This document shows, piece after piece, positions 11,040-21,316 of a stretch of DNA of 64,000 nucleotides. The stretch covers positions 1-64,000 of the IMG/VR virus record IMGVR_UViG_3300032275_000001. The stretch is one strand, 5' to 3'. Every line of letters begins with the position of its first letter. Within the stretch, counting starts at the first letter, position 1. The DNA comes from a virus (Duplodnaviria > Caudoviricetes). The translations under genes were made by a program, and so were the position numbers. Under the pieces are notes generated by a model. The model searched no databases. It saw only the letters and a program-made list of their open reading frames with translations, and had not been told where the DNA came from.

Positions 11040-14000
11040 TTATACTAATTCTTCTAAACTAGCTTCTGTTAATATTTCATCATTTATTCTAATTTTATAA
11101 TTCTCAAGATTCACTCTATGTTTGTGATATTTGAACAAGTCAGTCATCAAGCTACATAATGGATCTTCAGCGGTGAAATACCCCATTCTTGAACACAAAG
11201 GATTCAAGAAATACAATTTATCAAGCAAAGCTTTCATCTCTAGATACTCTGTATATATTAATGGATCAAATAGATTATGATCTTGTGCTACAGATAACAT
11301 TGATTTAACTAATGCTGGATCACTTGTTACATAATTCAAACGCTTATATTGAACTAGCTTTTCTAGTTTATCACCTAGATCTGTAGAAGTGTAAGCAATC
11401 ATTTTTGCTTTATCAAATACATATCTATTTCTCTCAATCAGCTCATTCACTAACACTGATGTAATCATTCTTTTGAATGGTGCATTCTTTCCTTCCATAA
11501 ATTTGTCATATGATATTAAATTGTGTATTTCTAGTTGATTAACTATCTTTAATTCTCTGTCTGAAAATGTAACCACTTCCATCACTTGCTTTTGCATCAT
11601 TCCATAAAGAGCATCAAGTTTTAATGAATCTTCATGTTTATCATATACAATAACCTCTTTACGTTTGTGTAACTCTTCCAGTTTATACAATTGAGAATCA
11701 AACTTACAGTTTCTACCATTGCTATATCTAGCTAATGGAACACCTTTCTTACATACAATCTCTCCTTGAATCTTAAGTCTTTTACCACTAGTTACACCAG
11801 CTGTACTAACTTTCACCTTCTTTCTACTATCAATAAATGATTGTGACACAGTAATTGCATCTAGATTTTTGAAGTTTGCTTCAATAAGAGATAGAATGTA
11901 TTGATATTCCTTAATCACTTGTCTCCACTCATGTCTTTTATACTGATGCAATTGTAATCTATGGTAGTAGGTATCTGAATCATAGCTGCTAGGTTTACCT
12001 AGCTTCATAGGTTTATTTCGTTTAACAAAACATTGCTGAACATCCGTTCTGCATATATATTTCATATAGTCTTTCTTCAATTGAGAAATTCTATCTTCAT
12101 ATAAATACACATTAACCTTACCATTACATATGTTCTCTACGTTATATCCCCAAACATAATGCTTAGTAGCATCCTTCATTTTCTTATCCTTCAATGTGAA
12201 TTTAAGAACGTATGCACTATCTAGCATGTGTGACTTAGTTCTACCATATACAGCAGGAAAATCTAACAACGTTACATCTTTTAGTTCTGGGACAGCTGCT
12301 TTAATAGTGGCATGTTTAATCAAAGGACTAATACTAAGTGTTCTATTATTTACCATTTCAACAAAATGTCCACTCTTCTCCAAGTAATTAATCATAGAGT
12401 TGATATCATCACTCTTGATTACAGTTTCATTATACTTACCAATAAAATAATCTGCTACCTCTGCAAGTTTCTTCTTGATGATGTTTTTAGCTTCCTGTGT
12501 ATATCTCAATGATTCTCTATTTGGTGTAGGAAATAACCCATCACTCAATGAAAATCTAAGAGCTATAGGAAACTCAAGTCTGTCTATACCAAGTTTTTCA
12601 AAGTCTAGTGGATAATACACATTGTCCAAACAAATGTGTAACTTATTATCTGTAGACATTTCAGAGAATTGAAAGTGTGTGTGTCTAGAGATAACAAAAT
12701 CATTAGTAATAGAATAATCTTCTGGTACATCAAAATACACACTCTCAAAATAACATAGTTGCTCTTTAATCTTTCTTTGGAAGTTATACTTATCACCATA
12801 CTTAACAGGAATGATGATCTTTACACCATTAGCTTCTGTTGTTTCTGTTTCATATAAAAGATCAATAGTGTTGGTATCTTCTCCTTCATACATCATATAC
12901 TTACGCTCCATTCCATCTTTTCTACATACAAAATAGAAACTAGATGAATAAGCAAGAGGTGCTTTGAACCCTAGCGGTTCTGTTAATCTCTAGTTTCCTA
13001 GAGTGTCGGACTATATCATCACCCTATAAATAGGGGTTGGACGCTTTTTCATATGGTTACTAACCCATACTACTTCCTGTTATTAAGCAGACTTTACTGC
13101 TCAGGTAGTCTCTAAACGTTCTGAAGATGTATCTTCAGCTTCGCTTTTGATTGTCTCGGCATAAATATCTTTTTTAGTATACCAATAAGGTATACAAATG
13201 TATTTTATATTGTGTTGTTCAAAATAGTCTTTTTTTAATTGGTCTTTAAATTTCTGATATTCTAAGGTATTTTTACCTTTATGAAAATATGGAATAACTT
13301 TATAGTGTTGAATACCTTGATACTCAACTACAATTCCTTTTTTTCTAAAATAACCATCAACTCTTAAACTTTTTTTAGTTAAAGGATTAGACAATCCTTC
13401 AAAAACTACTTCAGATTCATACTCTTCTTTTAAAATTTCTTTAATATAATTTAAACAGTTTATAGAAGCTATAGAAGTATCACTTCTTTGTTTTTCTATA
13501 TAAACTCCTTTAATTACACCAATTAATTCTTTATATGAAGAATATCCAGATTTTTCTATACGATAATAAATATTTCGTAAAGAGGTTTTTAATAATAAAG
13601 ACAATTGTTTAATTGATATTTGAGGATTTTTTATAATCTCTTCAATTATTATCTCTATCGTACATTCTGGTTTTTCTGATAAGTATATTTTAGCACATTT
13701 TTTATTACAAAATTCTAAATCATTTCTATAAGAGTGGTTTTCTTTACCACACTCTTTACATAAAAAAGAATGATTTTTGTAGTTTTTATATTTATATGCA
13801 TTTTTACACTTATTTGAACAATATTTAGCTTTTGAACTTTTACACTCAAAGCTACTTTCACAATTTATACATTTCTTTTCCATACTACAAAAGTATTAAA
13901 AAGAATTGATATTTGCAAGGGATTTCCAAAAATTCATCCAATATTTTTAACGTAAAATTACTCTTACGCTGGGCCTAGTTTCTTTGACCCATCATACCTA

Positions 14001-14349
14001 ATTCTGTAGCACTATTACGTTTTGTAGATTTACCATACTTACTAATGATGTTACGTACATCATCAGCATCTAGGCCTATACCAAAATCTTCTACACAAAA
14101 CTCATAATTGTTATATGATGCAGCTTTTAATGAAACTACAATTGGTGTGTCCACACCAGCTCTTCTATGACTATCTAGAGCATTACTTGCGCATTCTCTA
14201 ATAGCTGAGCCTATATCATCAGAATATAAATTCTTACTTAACATCTGCATCAATATCTGTGCAGAATCTAAGTCTAAGGACATACCAATACTTTCTTGTG
14301 CTTGTCCTTCTGTTAGGACGTGTGCTTCTGTTTGTTTTTCGAGGATCAT
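11040..14349 (-). CDS. rIIA: rIIA-like GHKL/HSP90-type ATPase, spliced: join(14349..13987, 12974..11040), 765 aa
   Basis: Exon 1 has LYSD...IRECASNALDS, DFGIG and STKR...GMMG. Exon 2 resumes LGFKAPLAYS, restoring the GxxGLGxK motif, then NGVKIIIPV and PTPNRESL. Confidence 0.9.
12975..13986 (-). mobile_element. group I intron in rIIA with internal HEG
   Basis: 5' exon ends GGU. P1 is UGGGU|C pairing with GGCCCA and contains the U.G pair. P3 UUGGAUG/CGUCCAA, R AGAGACUA, S GAUAUAGUCC, terminal G at 12975, P10 CUAG/CUAG. Confidence 0.92.
13101..13883 (-). CDS. intron-encoded endonuclease (Zn fingers + HTH + Vsr-like/PD-(D/E)XK domain)
   Basis: CINC/YCSNKC/CKECG/FCNKKC, then LRVDGYF...VEYQGIQHY...DQLKKDY. 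The ORF runs into the intron core (Q, P6, R). Confidence 0.8.
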   Translation of the reverse strand: MEKKCINCESSFECKSSKAKYCSNKCKNAYKYKNYKNHSFLCKECGKENHSYRNDLEFCNKKCAKIYLSEKPECTIEIIIEEIIKNPQISIKQLSLLLKTSLRNIYYRIEKSGYSSYKELIGVIKGVYIEKQRSDTSIASINCLNYIKEILKEEYESEVVFEGLSNPLTKKSLRVDGYFRKKGIVVEYQGIQHYKVIPYFHKGKNTLEYQKFKDQLKKDYFEQHNIKYICIPYWYTKKDIYAETIKSEAEDTSSERLETT

Positions 14350-14350
14350 G

Positions 14351-15642
14351 TTATATAAATTTAATTTGTTCTAAAATTTGTTTTGATTCTATATATCTAT
14401 TTAAGTCTTCTGGATCTGTAAATAAACTCTCTGGGTTTTCTATTTTTATCACTCTCCATCTCCAATTATTTACATATGATTTTGCTATCCAGCTTTTATC
14501 AAACTCTTCTGAATTAGCTTTATCATGATCTTTATATGCTGCATCAGCTTTTACTCTGTTATAATGATCTAAAGATGTAGCAGGCCAATGTGTTTCAAAG
14601 AATTGTAATGTGTTTTTACCTTCTCCACAATACCAACCAAGTGTAAATCCAGCTGAATAACTAATAGCTATGAAGTCTCCTATTTGAAGATCTCCTCCAT
14701 GTTTTACTGTTCTCATATTGTTTCTCTTTTTACTAACCAGATCTGTTTAAAGTTTAAGTCAAACTTCTCAACTGGACTATCCTCTTCAGGAGCTTCTATT
14801 TTATAACTCTTTATGTCATATGTATAAGGAACACTTTGTTTTAATACATTGTCCCATTTAGTACCCTGTCTTTGCTTAATGCCTACATTAACTCTACATT
14901 TTACACTTATGTATCTATCTACAAGTGGTTGCCATTGATACGCTGTTTTACTTCTTCTAGGAAGTTCTACCACTTTTAAATATTTAGGCTGTTGTGTAAG
15001 TGTTAAGATTTCATCTCCTATCTCAAGCTCTTCTATCTTTATTAATTGATTTTCCATATTGCTTAACTTAATAATGATACTTTTTCTAATAATTGTTTAG
15101 TTGCTCTAGCAACCATATTATCTTTAACAGACTTAGATATTCCTGCTATAAGTCCTTTTTCTACATGATATAATGATACATGATTAAATGTTTCTGGTGT
15201 TTTAGAACCATTTCTATCTGCTGTCCATTTATCTACTGTATAGACATGATCTCCACTATAATCTCCATTATCTACAAGAAACTTTGTTATTTGTTCTCTT
15301 ATACTTTTTGTAAATTCGTTGATCTTAGTATTTACTTTTTCTTCAATCAATCTGTCTAATTGTCCTGTTGTTTCTGCCATGTTTTCTATTTGTTTTAAAT
15401 TAATCTACTATTCCTCCTTTATAATAATTTTCAATTGTATTATGTTTTGGTAAAAATTCTTTTCTATATCTTTCACTAACATCCTTATCTACAATAATGT
15501 AATGTGATCCATTACAATATTTTAAGCTGTTATTAAGATCATAGAACTTAATGAAAGACTCTTCTGTATCAGGCCATTTTTCTGTTCTAGCTAATTCTGA
15601 TTTTGCTCCTCCATAAGGAGAATTCCAATATTCTATTTTCAT
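14351..15642 (-). CDS. hypothetical proteins (14351-14716, 14713-15057, 15063-15380, 15400-15642)
   Basis: Contiguous co-directional ORFs. Confidence 0.6.
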
Positions 15643-15651
15643 ATTGTTAAA

Positions 15652-17228
15652 TTAAAAGGGCACATCTATAGGCACCCATTGTACACTAAATCCATTGTTT
15701 TCTTCTAATAGCACATCCACTTTAGTGAACACACCCTCTGTATCCCATTCAGAATGTTTATATGCATCACTGGCTGGATGACTAAGCTCAAACACATGAG
15801 CAAATACCCCTGTGTATTTTTTATATCTAGCTGCATCCTTACCAAGAAACACAATTGGCACTCCTAAGTGGTTTATTATCTCTTCAAACAGATATTTAAC
15901 AAGTGGTTCCCATGCATCTAGATGACTTCCTGCTTTGTTAATCTCTGTTGTTAGAGCTGCATTGAACATAAGAACACCCTGATGAGCCAAATGACTAACA
16001 TCTGGATCTTTAATAATACTTAAGTTCAATCCATTATAATACTCTCTCTCTATGCCCATATAGAAATGTTCTAATGTAGGCTGTAATTGTTCTGTAATAG
16101 AACATCCCATTAATACATTTGTTATCTCTGAGGCTCTTTATCCTCAGACTCTGCATCTTTTTTTTTAGATTATACATGCAGTTCAGACTATATCATCAAT
16201 TTCTACTCTCTCGGAGGAAATTGTCCTGCGCTCGTGGTGTTTTACTATCTTCAGCATTATCTGTTAAGACTCCTTACACTAGTCGTTGAACCTTCTAATT
16301 ATTTCTAACTAGCTTGGCTGCTGATTGTCTATCTCTAGATTTTCCAGCAATTCACAGGATTTATCATGGACTATTAAATAATTATATGCTGCTAATAAAA
16401 TTTCTTTGTTGTCTTTTAGAAAACCTAATCCTCTGTTACAATTATTACATAATAATCCTCTTACTTTATTTGTTGAATGATCATGATCTATACATAAAGT
16501 TGTAGCTCTCATTTTTTCTGAATCAGATATATTTAATGATTTTTTACATATAGCACAACTTTTATTTTGATCCTCAAACATTTTTATAAATGTTTCTTTA
16601 TCTAAACCATAACTTTTTATTTTAGAAAGTCTAGATTTAGATTTATTACATTTTTTACAAGAGTAATTATTACCTGAGCAACTAAATGTAGAAACACAAT
16701 TATTAAAATTAGATAAAGGAAGTTCTAATTTACATGTTGGACATATAAAATTACCATTATTAATGGCTATTTTTCTCTTATCTCTAAGTAATTCTACTTC
16801 AGATTTTTCTCCTTTTCTTACTCTAGCGTTTCTAATTGTTGCTGATTTTTTACAAGAAATACATGTAGTGTAACACTTATTTTTTATTTTTCCTAAAAAC
16901 AATTTATTATGTTTTTCTACTTTACAACGTGTACATTTTTTCATATACAAATATAATTATTTTAATTGGTTAATCCATCTGCAACAGGCGCATCATTCTT
17001 AAGTGTGTGATATGGACATAGGCCCACTAACACTACCTTCAGATCATCTAATGGTGTCTCTAAGAAACATCTCCAAACATGCATAGAGAGAGGGGCAACT
17101 CTTTTGCCCCTTTTACTCTCTGCTTTTAGGAATGCATATATCTTATCACACTGCTCACTCTCTATAAATGGACGCATTTTAGCATGCCATGATGGGTGAA
17201 ACTGATGTTTAAAATTGCTCCAATTCAT
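15652..17228 (-). CDS. ung: uracil-DNA glycosylase (family 1-like), spliced: join(17228..16973, 16115..15652), 239 aa
   Basis: LKVVLVGLCPYH, ADG|LLMG across the splice, QGVLMFNAALT, GSH...W, VFLGKDA and SHPAS. Confidence 0.88.
16116..16972 (-). mobile_element. group I intron in UDG with HEG in the P1 loop
   Basis: Exon ends GAUGGAU. IGS UAGUCCAU at about 16373-16366 pairs with AUGGAU|UA including U.G. P10 UUAAUA/UAUUAA; P UUGCUGGAAA, Q AAUCAGCAG, R UUCAACGACUA, S GAUAUAGUCU; terminal G at 16116. Confidence 0.93.
16309..16950 (-). CDS. intron-encoded endonuclease VII-family HEG
   Basis: CAIC...IDHDHSTNKVRGLLCNNCNRGLG with two N-terminal Zn-finger units. Likely start is ATG at 16944. Confidence 0.9.
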   Translation of the reverse strand: MYMKKCTRCKVEKHNKLFLGKIKNKCYTTCISCKKSATIRNARVRKGEKSEVELLRDKRKIAINNGNFICPTCKLELPLSNFNNCVSTFSCSGNNYSCKKCNKSKSRLSKIKSYGLDKETFIKMFEDQNKSCAICKKSLNISDSEKMRATTLCIDHDHSTNKVRGLLCNNCNRGLGFLKDNKEILLAAYNYLIVHDKSCELLENLEIDNQQPS

Positions 17229-17394
17229 CCTTCTATTAATTGTAATATGTCTTCTTTACATAAATCTATCTCATGATTCTCTGAACCTCCTTGTTCAATC
17301 TCATCTTGACATAGTGCTAGTAATTCCCATATTTGGTTTCTGTGAGCAGGATTATCTTTAATGATCACCTTGGCCCATTGTAATAAGTTTTCCA

Positions 17395-18162
17395 TTACGC
17401 AACAAATAATTCTAATTGGTTACCAGTTGGTATAACTAATTCTTGTTTAGATGTAATAATATCTGCTGCCCCTGTAAAGAAACTATGAGCATCAATATGA
17501 TTGTTCATCCAAAGACTTGGGTGCACTTGTTTCATACTAAATGTTGTAAACTGATAAAGCTCCCATAATGAATTGCTAGCATTGTAATCATGAGTTGGTT
17601 TATCCAATTCTCTTTTTATGATGTTCAATTGTGTTGATTCAATGAACTGCTCTTCAATGTACATTCTACCAATCAATTCAGCTTGTGTTTTTTTATCAAG
17701 ATCAATAGTTTTCATAGCTTCTCTCTCTGATTGCATATTTTGAAATGCTTCTCCTGCTCTCTTGATATATTCTACAATAGCTTGTGGTGTGAATGTTTGT
17801 ATTTCTCCTTGGTGTTTCTTTTTGAATGCACCATAATCACCACTTACACATCCATTCTCACATATAAAGATCTTTGTACCAATAGCAAACTTCAGTGATA
17901 ATGACTTATCATAACTATTCTGCCATCCTATTTGTAATTGCATCTCACTATCTGCCACATTTTTAATTGTGAACTTACCATTAGCTACCTTACCTTCTCT
18001 TGCAGAGGTGTATAGTTCTTGGTCTAGAACAAATCCTGATTGATGTATACTCTCAAGTGTGAGGTCCATCAGTTGTTCATGTGAAACTGGTTTGTAAGTT
18101 TTGGTCTGTTGTGGGATTGGTGCTGCTAGCAACATACCTCTTGCTGTGTTGTAATTTTCCAT
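17395..18162 (-). CDS. DUF932/DUF945-like protein
   Basis: YKPVSH, QNSYDKS...G...ICENG...KKH and SLWELYQFTT. Confidence 0.65.
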   Translation of the reverse strand: MENYNTARGMLLAAPIPQQTKTYKPVSHEQLMDLTLESIHQSGFVLDQELYTSAREGKVANGKFTIKNVADSEMQLQIGWQNSYDKSLSLKFAIGTKIFICENGCVSGDYGAFKKKHQGEIQTFTPQAIVEYIKRAGEAFQNMQSEREAMKTIDLDKKTQAELIGRMYIEEQFIESTQLNIIKRELDKPTHDYNASNSLWELYQFTTFSMKQVHPSLWMNNHIDAHSFFTGAADIITSKQELVIPTGNQLELFVA

Positions 18163-18168
18163 GTTGAT

Positions 18169-19127
18169 TTAATTTAATGATTTTCTTTTGTTTTTTTCTA
18201 TTAGTAATATATCTTTCATCTCAAGTATTGAAGTTGTTTGATTTCTTCCCATCTTATCAATCCAATATATTGAGTTTTGTAAATGTGAATCAGTCATATC
18301 CTGAATAAGCACATTATCTCCATCTTTTTTGCACCAAAGCAAATTACCTTTTAGGTATTTTTTTAATAAGCATGTGTAATGAATGTCATTGTAATGATTA
18401 TTATGATGTTCCCATCTTAACTCAGCATCAAGACCTCTCATCATTAAATCATCTGCAAAATCTCCCATACTATCCTAGTGTTAATGATATCTTTCTATGA
18501 AAGAACTTTGTTAATATTCCCTCTAAATTCTCTATTCCTATACATTCCACTTCATCATCTTCTGTAGTGGATAACCATTCAATATTCTCTTTAATCTCTT
18601 CTTCTAGTAGTTCTAATGATTCATCTTTTACTACCATCCAATCATTTATTGCTTTCATAATCCTTTCTCTTTTTTATATATTTCTAATAGTTCTTTTTTA
18701 TCATTATACTTTACTCTATATGGTTGATTTAATAACCACTGACCAAATTCAATAGCAAATTCGTCTGCTACTTGTTCACATTGCTGCACAGGATATGTAT
18801 CTGGATTGTTTACTAATGTTTGGTAAATTTTATCTTCTAATGTCATAAACCTTTTTCTTTTTTATAGATTTCCATTAATGATTGAATTGTACAATACACC
18901 GTAGGCTTTTCCTTACCTACATACTTTGTTATATCAAAATACCTTGATGATGTATTAGCATAGTATGTATTATCTTTATACTTATTAAAGTTAGTATCTT
19001 TCCATTGTGCAAATCCAATAGCAAAGTCATCTGCTACTTGTTCTAACTTACTTGTCCAATATTCAATTGCTTCGTCCATAACAGGTGCAGCAATTATTTC
19101 ACTTTTTAATTTTTCTTTTAGTGTCAT
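18169..19127 (-). CDS. small hypothetical proteins including a tandem paralog pair (18655-18846, 18843-19127)
   Basis: The paralogs share MTL..., EQVADxFAIxFxQW and EIYKKEKGL. Confidence 0.65.
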
Positions 19128-19192
19128 ATTATTTCTCTTTGTGTTAAATATCTCTCAATTGTCTTTAATCCATGTGTTCTGGCAAGATCTGC
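19124..19192 (-). pseudogene. orphaned original 3' end of the primase gene
   Basis: Translates ADLARTHGLKTIERYLTQREII*, which aligns without gaps to the primase tail ADWAKLEGLEVIKLHFIKKRLL*. Its TGA overlaps the next ATG. Confidence 0.75.
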
Positions 19193-19195
19193 TCT

Positions 19196-19672
19196 TTATA
19201 TTAATTTAAGTGCTTCTTGCAATCCAACTTCTAATGCTTCTTCGTAAGTAAAGTATCCACTAAATACATCATTATCTAATGGTCTTAGTCTTGAGATGTC
19301 TTTGATATTATCATGTATAAAAATACAATAACTTTCTTTTCTGAACATCCCATCTCTGTTTATAAAAACATCAATGTTATGAACTTCTCTTAACCATTTT
19401 TGAAGAAGTGATTGAGTTGGTGCAAAATAGTTTTTTTGAACTATAAAATCTTTGTCATCATAAGATTCCAAAAGACCATTAATGTTAGAAGAGTTAGTTC
19501 CTACATTTAAGTTAAGCATTTGTTCCTCTTTTATTACTCTGTAAAAAGAATATCTTTGTACATCATAATTTCTAGAGTCTATTAATGTACTTTTAAAAGA
19601 ATCTTTAAACATTCTAAACCCTTTCTCTTTAGCTAATTTAGCTGTTTCAAATGTTATTAATTGTTCTTCCAT
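19196..19672 (-). CDS. hypothetical protein (FETAKLAKEKGF...APTQSLLQKWLRE type)
   Basis: ORF track. Sits inside the primase tail-swap cassette. Confidence 0.7.
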   Translation of the reverse strand: MEEQLITFETAKLAKEKGFRMFKDSFKSTLIDSRNYDVQRYSFYRVIKEEQMLNLNVGTNSSNINGLLESYDDKDFIVQKNYFAPTQSLLQKWLREVHNIDVFINRDGMFRKESYCIFIHDNIKDISRLRPLDNDVFSGYFTYEEALEVGLQEALKLI

Positions 19673-19677
19673 AATCT

Positions 19678-20325
19678 TTAAATTTTATTGCTTTTGTTTA
19701 AGTTACCTATGTATTCAATACCATTTATTATTTGGGTAACAGCAAATAATGGTTGTAAGTTAGTATAATGAAAACATTTCTTTTGCTCTTCTTCAATTGA
19801 TAAATCAAAAGAAGCACAAGGAATAATATGATCTATATGCCAATACTTACCATAATTCTCCCAAGTCATTGTTGGTAGAAATTTAGATTCAATATAAAGT
19901 TTTAAAAAAGAAACATCACATCCTAAAAGTTTTATACTTTTAGTATTTTTTAAAGCAATATTTCTTTTTAAAGCTGTTCTTATTCGGCTACTAATTATAT
20001 TAGTTAATTTATAATTAATGTCTTCTTTTAACTTATTTTTTCTATATAAGTTTATCTTTACGCTATTTTGTTTTCTATATTTTTTACTTTGATTGCGAAC
20101 TTTTTCAAGATTAGAATAATAATAATTTAAATTATTAGTATTAATTTTCTCTTTATTATTAACAAAATAAAGTTTATTTTGTATTTTTAATTTTTCTTTA
20201 TTTTTTTCTTTCCATATTTTTCTAGTTATTAAGTTATCTTTCTTTCTACAATCCTTACATTTATTTCTATTTTTATCAAAAGAAATAATAGGTTTCTCTA
20301 CATTACAATATTTACAAAACTTCAT
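19678..20325 (-). CDS. HNH-family endonuclease
   Basis: WHIDHIIPCASFDL...CFHYTNLQPL with an N-terminal Zn finger and a basic helical linker. Confidence 0.8.
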   Translation of the reverse strand: MKFCKYCNVEKPIISFDKNRNKCKDCRKKDNLITRKIWKEKNKEKLKIQNKLYFVNNKEKINTNNLNYYYSNLEKVRNQSKKYRKQNSVKINLYRKNKLKEDINYKLTNIISSRIRTALKRNIALKNTKSIKLLGCDVSFLKLYIESKFLPTMTWENYGKYWHIDHIIPCASFDLSIEEEQKKCFHYTNLQPLFAVTQIINGIEYIGNLNKSNKI

Positions 20326-21314
20326 AATAATCTTTTTTTTATAAAATGTAATTTTATTACTTCTAATCCTTCTAGTTTAGCCCAATCTGCAAAATCTTTT
20401 ACTACAGGAAGTAAATCATCAGGAGGATTAATATGTCTAAATCCAAAAGATTCTGTTATATCAAAACTTGCTTTTTTTCCAGGTACATCAGAATCACCTC
20501 CATAAAATACTTCTTTAGAGTTATTTTTAATAAATTCTACAACTTCATCACTTAATGCAGCAGTACTTTCATTTTGAATATGACATACATATGGATAAAC
20601 TTTTTTACACACCATATAATCTTTTAAAGATTTACAAATCAATGTATTTTTGTCTGGTCTTAAATTCTCTAAACCTTTAGCAGTAGTTAATGGTACATTT
20701 GATAGCCACTTACCTCTTTTATTTGTTGTATAGGGAACGTAGATTTTCCAATAGCTTTCATATAGATACGCAAATCTAAGCTCAGTGTCCTTTAGAGGAA
20801 ACTTCTGTTTGTTTAGATATAGTGTGTCTATTGAGTACACATTGTTAGCTCTAAGATCATCTATGTCCTGATAGTATTCATTCCAGTATGCTAGTTCTTC
20901 GTGTGTGAAGTTTCTTGTCTTCATTTGAATAAAGAATTCACGTTTGCTCACTGGTGGTGGTTGCTTATATTCAGAAACAATTCTCTCATATTCTTTTGTA
21001 GAAGAAGAATTGACAATACCAAGATCAAAATCTCTATCTATAATTTTAAGAGCATCGTTGAAAGAACAAGAAAACATTTGCATAACAAAAGCAAAACAAT
21101 TTCCTTTCCATTCATCGCATGAAAAATCTTTATGAGTAAATTTTTGATATTTGTTGCCTATTATAAAAGAAGGATTTTTATCTCCCCTCATCCAGTTACA
21201 CGTAACTACATTTGGTTTAAATTCTCCAAAATACTTTCTGTAAATATCAAAAGTTGATAGTTTTTCAAGAATAGTTTCTGGAGTAAGTACTAATTTTTTT
21301 TTACCTTGTATCAT
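20322..21314 (-). CDS. DNA primase (TOPRIM)
   Basis: RGDKNPSF, KDF...GNCF, ICKSLKD, DSDVPG and KDFAD motifs. Confidence 0.8.
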   Translation of the reverse strand: MIQGKKKLVLTPETILEKLSTFDIYRKYFGEFKPNVVTCNWMRGDKNPSFIIGNKYQKFTHKDFSCDEWKGNCFAFVMQMFSCSFNDALKIIDRDFDLGIVNSSSTKEYERIVSEYKQPPPVSKREFFIQMKTRNFTHEELAYWNEYYQDIDDLRANNVYSIDTLYLNKQKFPLKDTELRFAYLYESYWKIYVPYTTNKRGKWLSNVPLTTAKGLENLRPDKNTLICKSLKDYMVCKKVYPYVCHIQNESTAALSDEVVEFIKNNSKEVFYGGDSDVPGKKASFDITESFGFRHINPPDDLLPVVKDFADWAKLEGLEVIKLHFIKKRLL

Positions 21315-21316
21315 TT

